A stretch of DNA of 64,000 nucleotides from an uncultured Bacteroidota bacterium (GTDB lineage Bacteria > Bacteroidota > Bacteroidia > Bacteroidales > DTGW01), in assembly GCA_963851385.1 (NCBI GenBank), contig CAWKPE010000013.1:307616-371615 (forward strand). Reading direction: 5' to 3'. The notes under the pieces are model-generated. The model was given only the letters and a program-made list of their open reading frames with translations, made no database searches and had not been told where the DNA came from. The position numbers were made by a program, and so were the translations under genes. Shown piece after piece: positions 62,403 through 64,000 of this stretch (its first letter is position 1; each line of letters starts with the position of its first letter).

Positions 62403-62972
62403 ATGAGAAGAATAGCTATTTTTGCATCTGGTTTCGGTACAAATACTCAGGCTATAATTGATTATTTTAATAAAAAGAAAATGCCAATTGTCAAGCTTAT
62501 TTTGTCTAACAGGCCTGATGCTTATGTAATTGAGAGAGCTAAAATACTGAATATTCCTTATGTAGTATTTAATAAAGAGACTTTCTATAATACAGAAAAT
62601 ATAATTCAAATTCTTGAGAAAGAAAAAATTGACTTAATAGTCCTTGGCGGGTTCCTTTGGCTGGTTCCTAAATATCTATTAAAAAAGTATACTGACAAAA
62701 TTATAAATATTCACCCGGCATTACTTCCTAAATATGGAGGTAAAGGTATGTACGGTCAGCGTGTGCATGAAGCCGTAATCGCAAATCATGATAAGGAAAC
62801 AGGAATTACAATACATTTTGTTAATGAAGAATATGATCGAGGAAAAATAATTTTTCAGGCAAAATGCAAAGTGGAATCGTCAGATACTCCTGAAACTATT
62901 GCTAATAAAGTGCACAAGTTAGAATATGAATTTTATCCAAAGGTTATTGAAAAACTATTACAGGAAATATAA
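62403..62972 (+). CDS. purN: Phosphoribosylglycinamide formyltransferase
   Basis: 189 aa. IAIFASGFGTN, INIHPALLPKYGG and GITIHFVNEEYDRGKII match PurN. Confidence 0.9.
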   Translation: MRRIAIFASGFGTNTQAIIDYFNKKKMPIVKLILSNRPDAYVIERAKILNIPYVVFNKETFYNTENIIQILEKEKIDLIVLGGFLWLVPKYLLKKYTDKIINIHPALLPKYGGKGMYGQRVHEAVIANHDKETGITIHFVNEEYDRGKIIFQAKCKVESSDTPETIANKVHKLEYEFYPKVIEKLLQEI

Positions 62973-62986
62973 TTTGGCAAACCATT

Positions 62987-64000
62987 TCAATACATTAAAT
63001 CATCTTCAAAATAAATTGTCCTTGCTTCTAAATCATTTAACGATCTGTTATAAATTAAAAGATTGTCCATTAAACCTTGATAATAATTACGTGTTAATGA
63101 ACAATCAACTCCCAAAGTTGCTTTTGAAGCTCCAAAATTTGAATGCAAAAATGAACCCATTACTTGTTGGCCAAAAGACTGACCATTCAAATAAAATGTA
63201 GCTTTGTTAGCATTAATAGCAACGGCGGTTTGATACCATATATCCTGATAAATGGCTGTGCTATCACTTATATCACCGACATTAATTAACAAATAATTTG
63301 TAGTATCAGTTTTTCTTACAGAAAAAACTGTTTGTCCGTAAAGCAGGGAAGAATCATTAGAACTATACATAATTTGCAATTGTTCGTTTATGTTTAGCGC
63401 TTTAAACCAGAAACTAATAGTACGCGATGGGAAATCATAAATACTATCTAATATTGCATAACTTTTAAAACCCAGAAATTCTATAGATTCTTTATACCAA
63501 CCTCTTCTATCATAAAAAAATGCAATGTTTTTTCCTGTTCCTGTTTTACTGCTAATATAGTCAACCAAATTATTAGCAAACATATAATACGAAACCAAAC
63601 CATTAGTTGGAATTCCGGTATTTATTAAATCAATGTATACAATTGTTGTATCGAAATTATGAATATTGTTGCTACTTACAGCAGAAATACCTAAGACAAA
63701 CTTTGGATGTGTTTCATAATCTAAAACTCTGGAATTATTGACTGTTATTATACCGGTCAATGCATCAATAGAAAAGGCATTGCTATCGTTACCACTGGTA
63801 ATAGAATATAATAAGGTATCCTGTTGGTTATTAACATAAGCATGAGCAATACCGACAAATTGACCCACAGGAGAGTTTTCATAAACCGAAAATTCCTGTT
63901 TCAAAGCATATAGTTTTGTATTTACCGGCTCATTTTTTGAACAGGATATCAAAATAAAACAAAATGAAAGATAAATTATATAAGATGTTGTCTTGATTTT
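62987..64000 (-). CDS. Lipoprotein with cadherin-like repeat and LamG (concanavalin A-like lectin) domain; 5' end beyond the window
   Basis: The frame stays open to the window edge (KIKTTSYIIYLSFCFILISCSKNE is a signal peptide plus lipobox). Cadherin-like FSVYENSPVGQFVG...YSITSGNDSNAFSIDALTGIITV. LamG-like TISFWFKA...WYQTAVAINANKATFYLNG...LMDNLLIYNRSL. Confidence 0.75.
   Translation of the reverse strand, partial: KIKTTSYIIYLSFCFILISCSKNEPVNTKLYALKQEFSVYENSPVGQFVGIAHAYVNNQQDTLLYSITSGNDSNAFSIDALTGIITVNNSRVLDYETHPKFVLGISAVSSNNIHNFDTTIVYIDLINTGIPTNGLVSYYMFANNLVDYISSKTGTGKNIAFFYDRRGWYKESIEFLGFKSYAILDSIYDFPSRTISFWFKALNINEQLQIMYSSNDSSLLYGQTVFSVRKTDTTNYLLINVGDISDSTAIYQDIWYQTAVAINANKATFYLNGQSFGQQVMGSFLHSNFGASKATLGVDCSLTRNYYQGLMDNLLIYNRSLNDLEARTIYFEDDLMY

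Overview
This is an AT-rich chromosomal segment that looks like Bacteroidota. Evidence: type IX secretion C-terminal sorting domains, an IPExxxVDY-family protein, an acpP-fabF-rnc block, long Bacteroidota-type PurF and UbiD, and a TAnnTTTG -7 box. Most of the window is housekeeping: alaS, hisS, ettA, gltA, purF, purN, fabF, acpP, rnc, an acyl-CoA ligase, two M23 peptidases, an APC permease, GH3, PafA-like phosphatase and an M14 peptidase. There is one tRNA-Arg(CCG). I saw no rRNA, CRISPR array, integrase or transposase, and I could not identify a clear-cut new defence system.

Unusual content:
1. A sugar locus at 42.6-55.6 kb holds fucI, a convergent HutC/GntR regulator, and two copies of one perfect palindrome. 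It continues with E2 plus a fused E1 alpha/beta, a RhaB-like kinase, a PHP-like protein, an N-extended SDR and a SorE-like Zn-dehydrogenase. No class II aldolase or transporter is visible. This is the best candidate here for undescribed biology.
2. A 459-bp DUF559 endonuclease cassette with perfect 26-bp terminal inverted repeats sits exactly at the kinase stop codon.
3. Several families of small structured repeats are present. One is a 123-bp MITE with 18-bp TIRs and 10-bp target-site duplications, in two inverted copies. Another is a 129-nt element with a terminator-like hairpin at the same spacing upstream of a thioesterase gene and the E2 gene.
4. Smaller items include a RelE/ParE toxin-antitoxin pair, an Avd-like four-helix-bundle cassette, a WYL regulator islet next to the tRNA, and a hybrid histidine kinase with a degenerate ATP-binding domain.
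5. At least nine reading-frame breaks occur, five of them mapped to homopolymer runs, including in alaS and ettA. These are most likely sequencing or assembly indels. An S41 peptidase remnant and an AraC fragment look like genuine pseudogenes.
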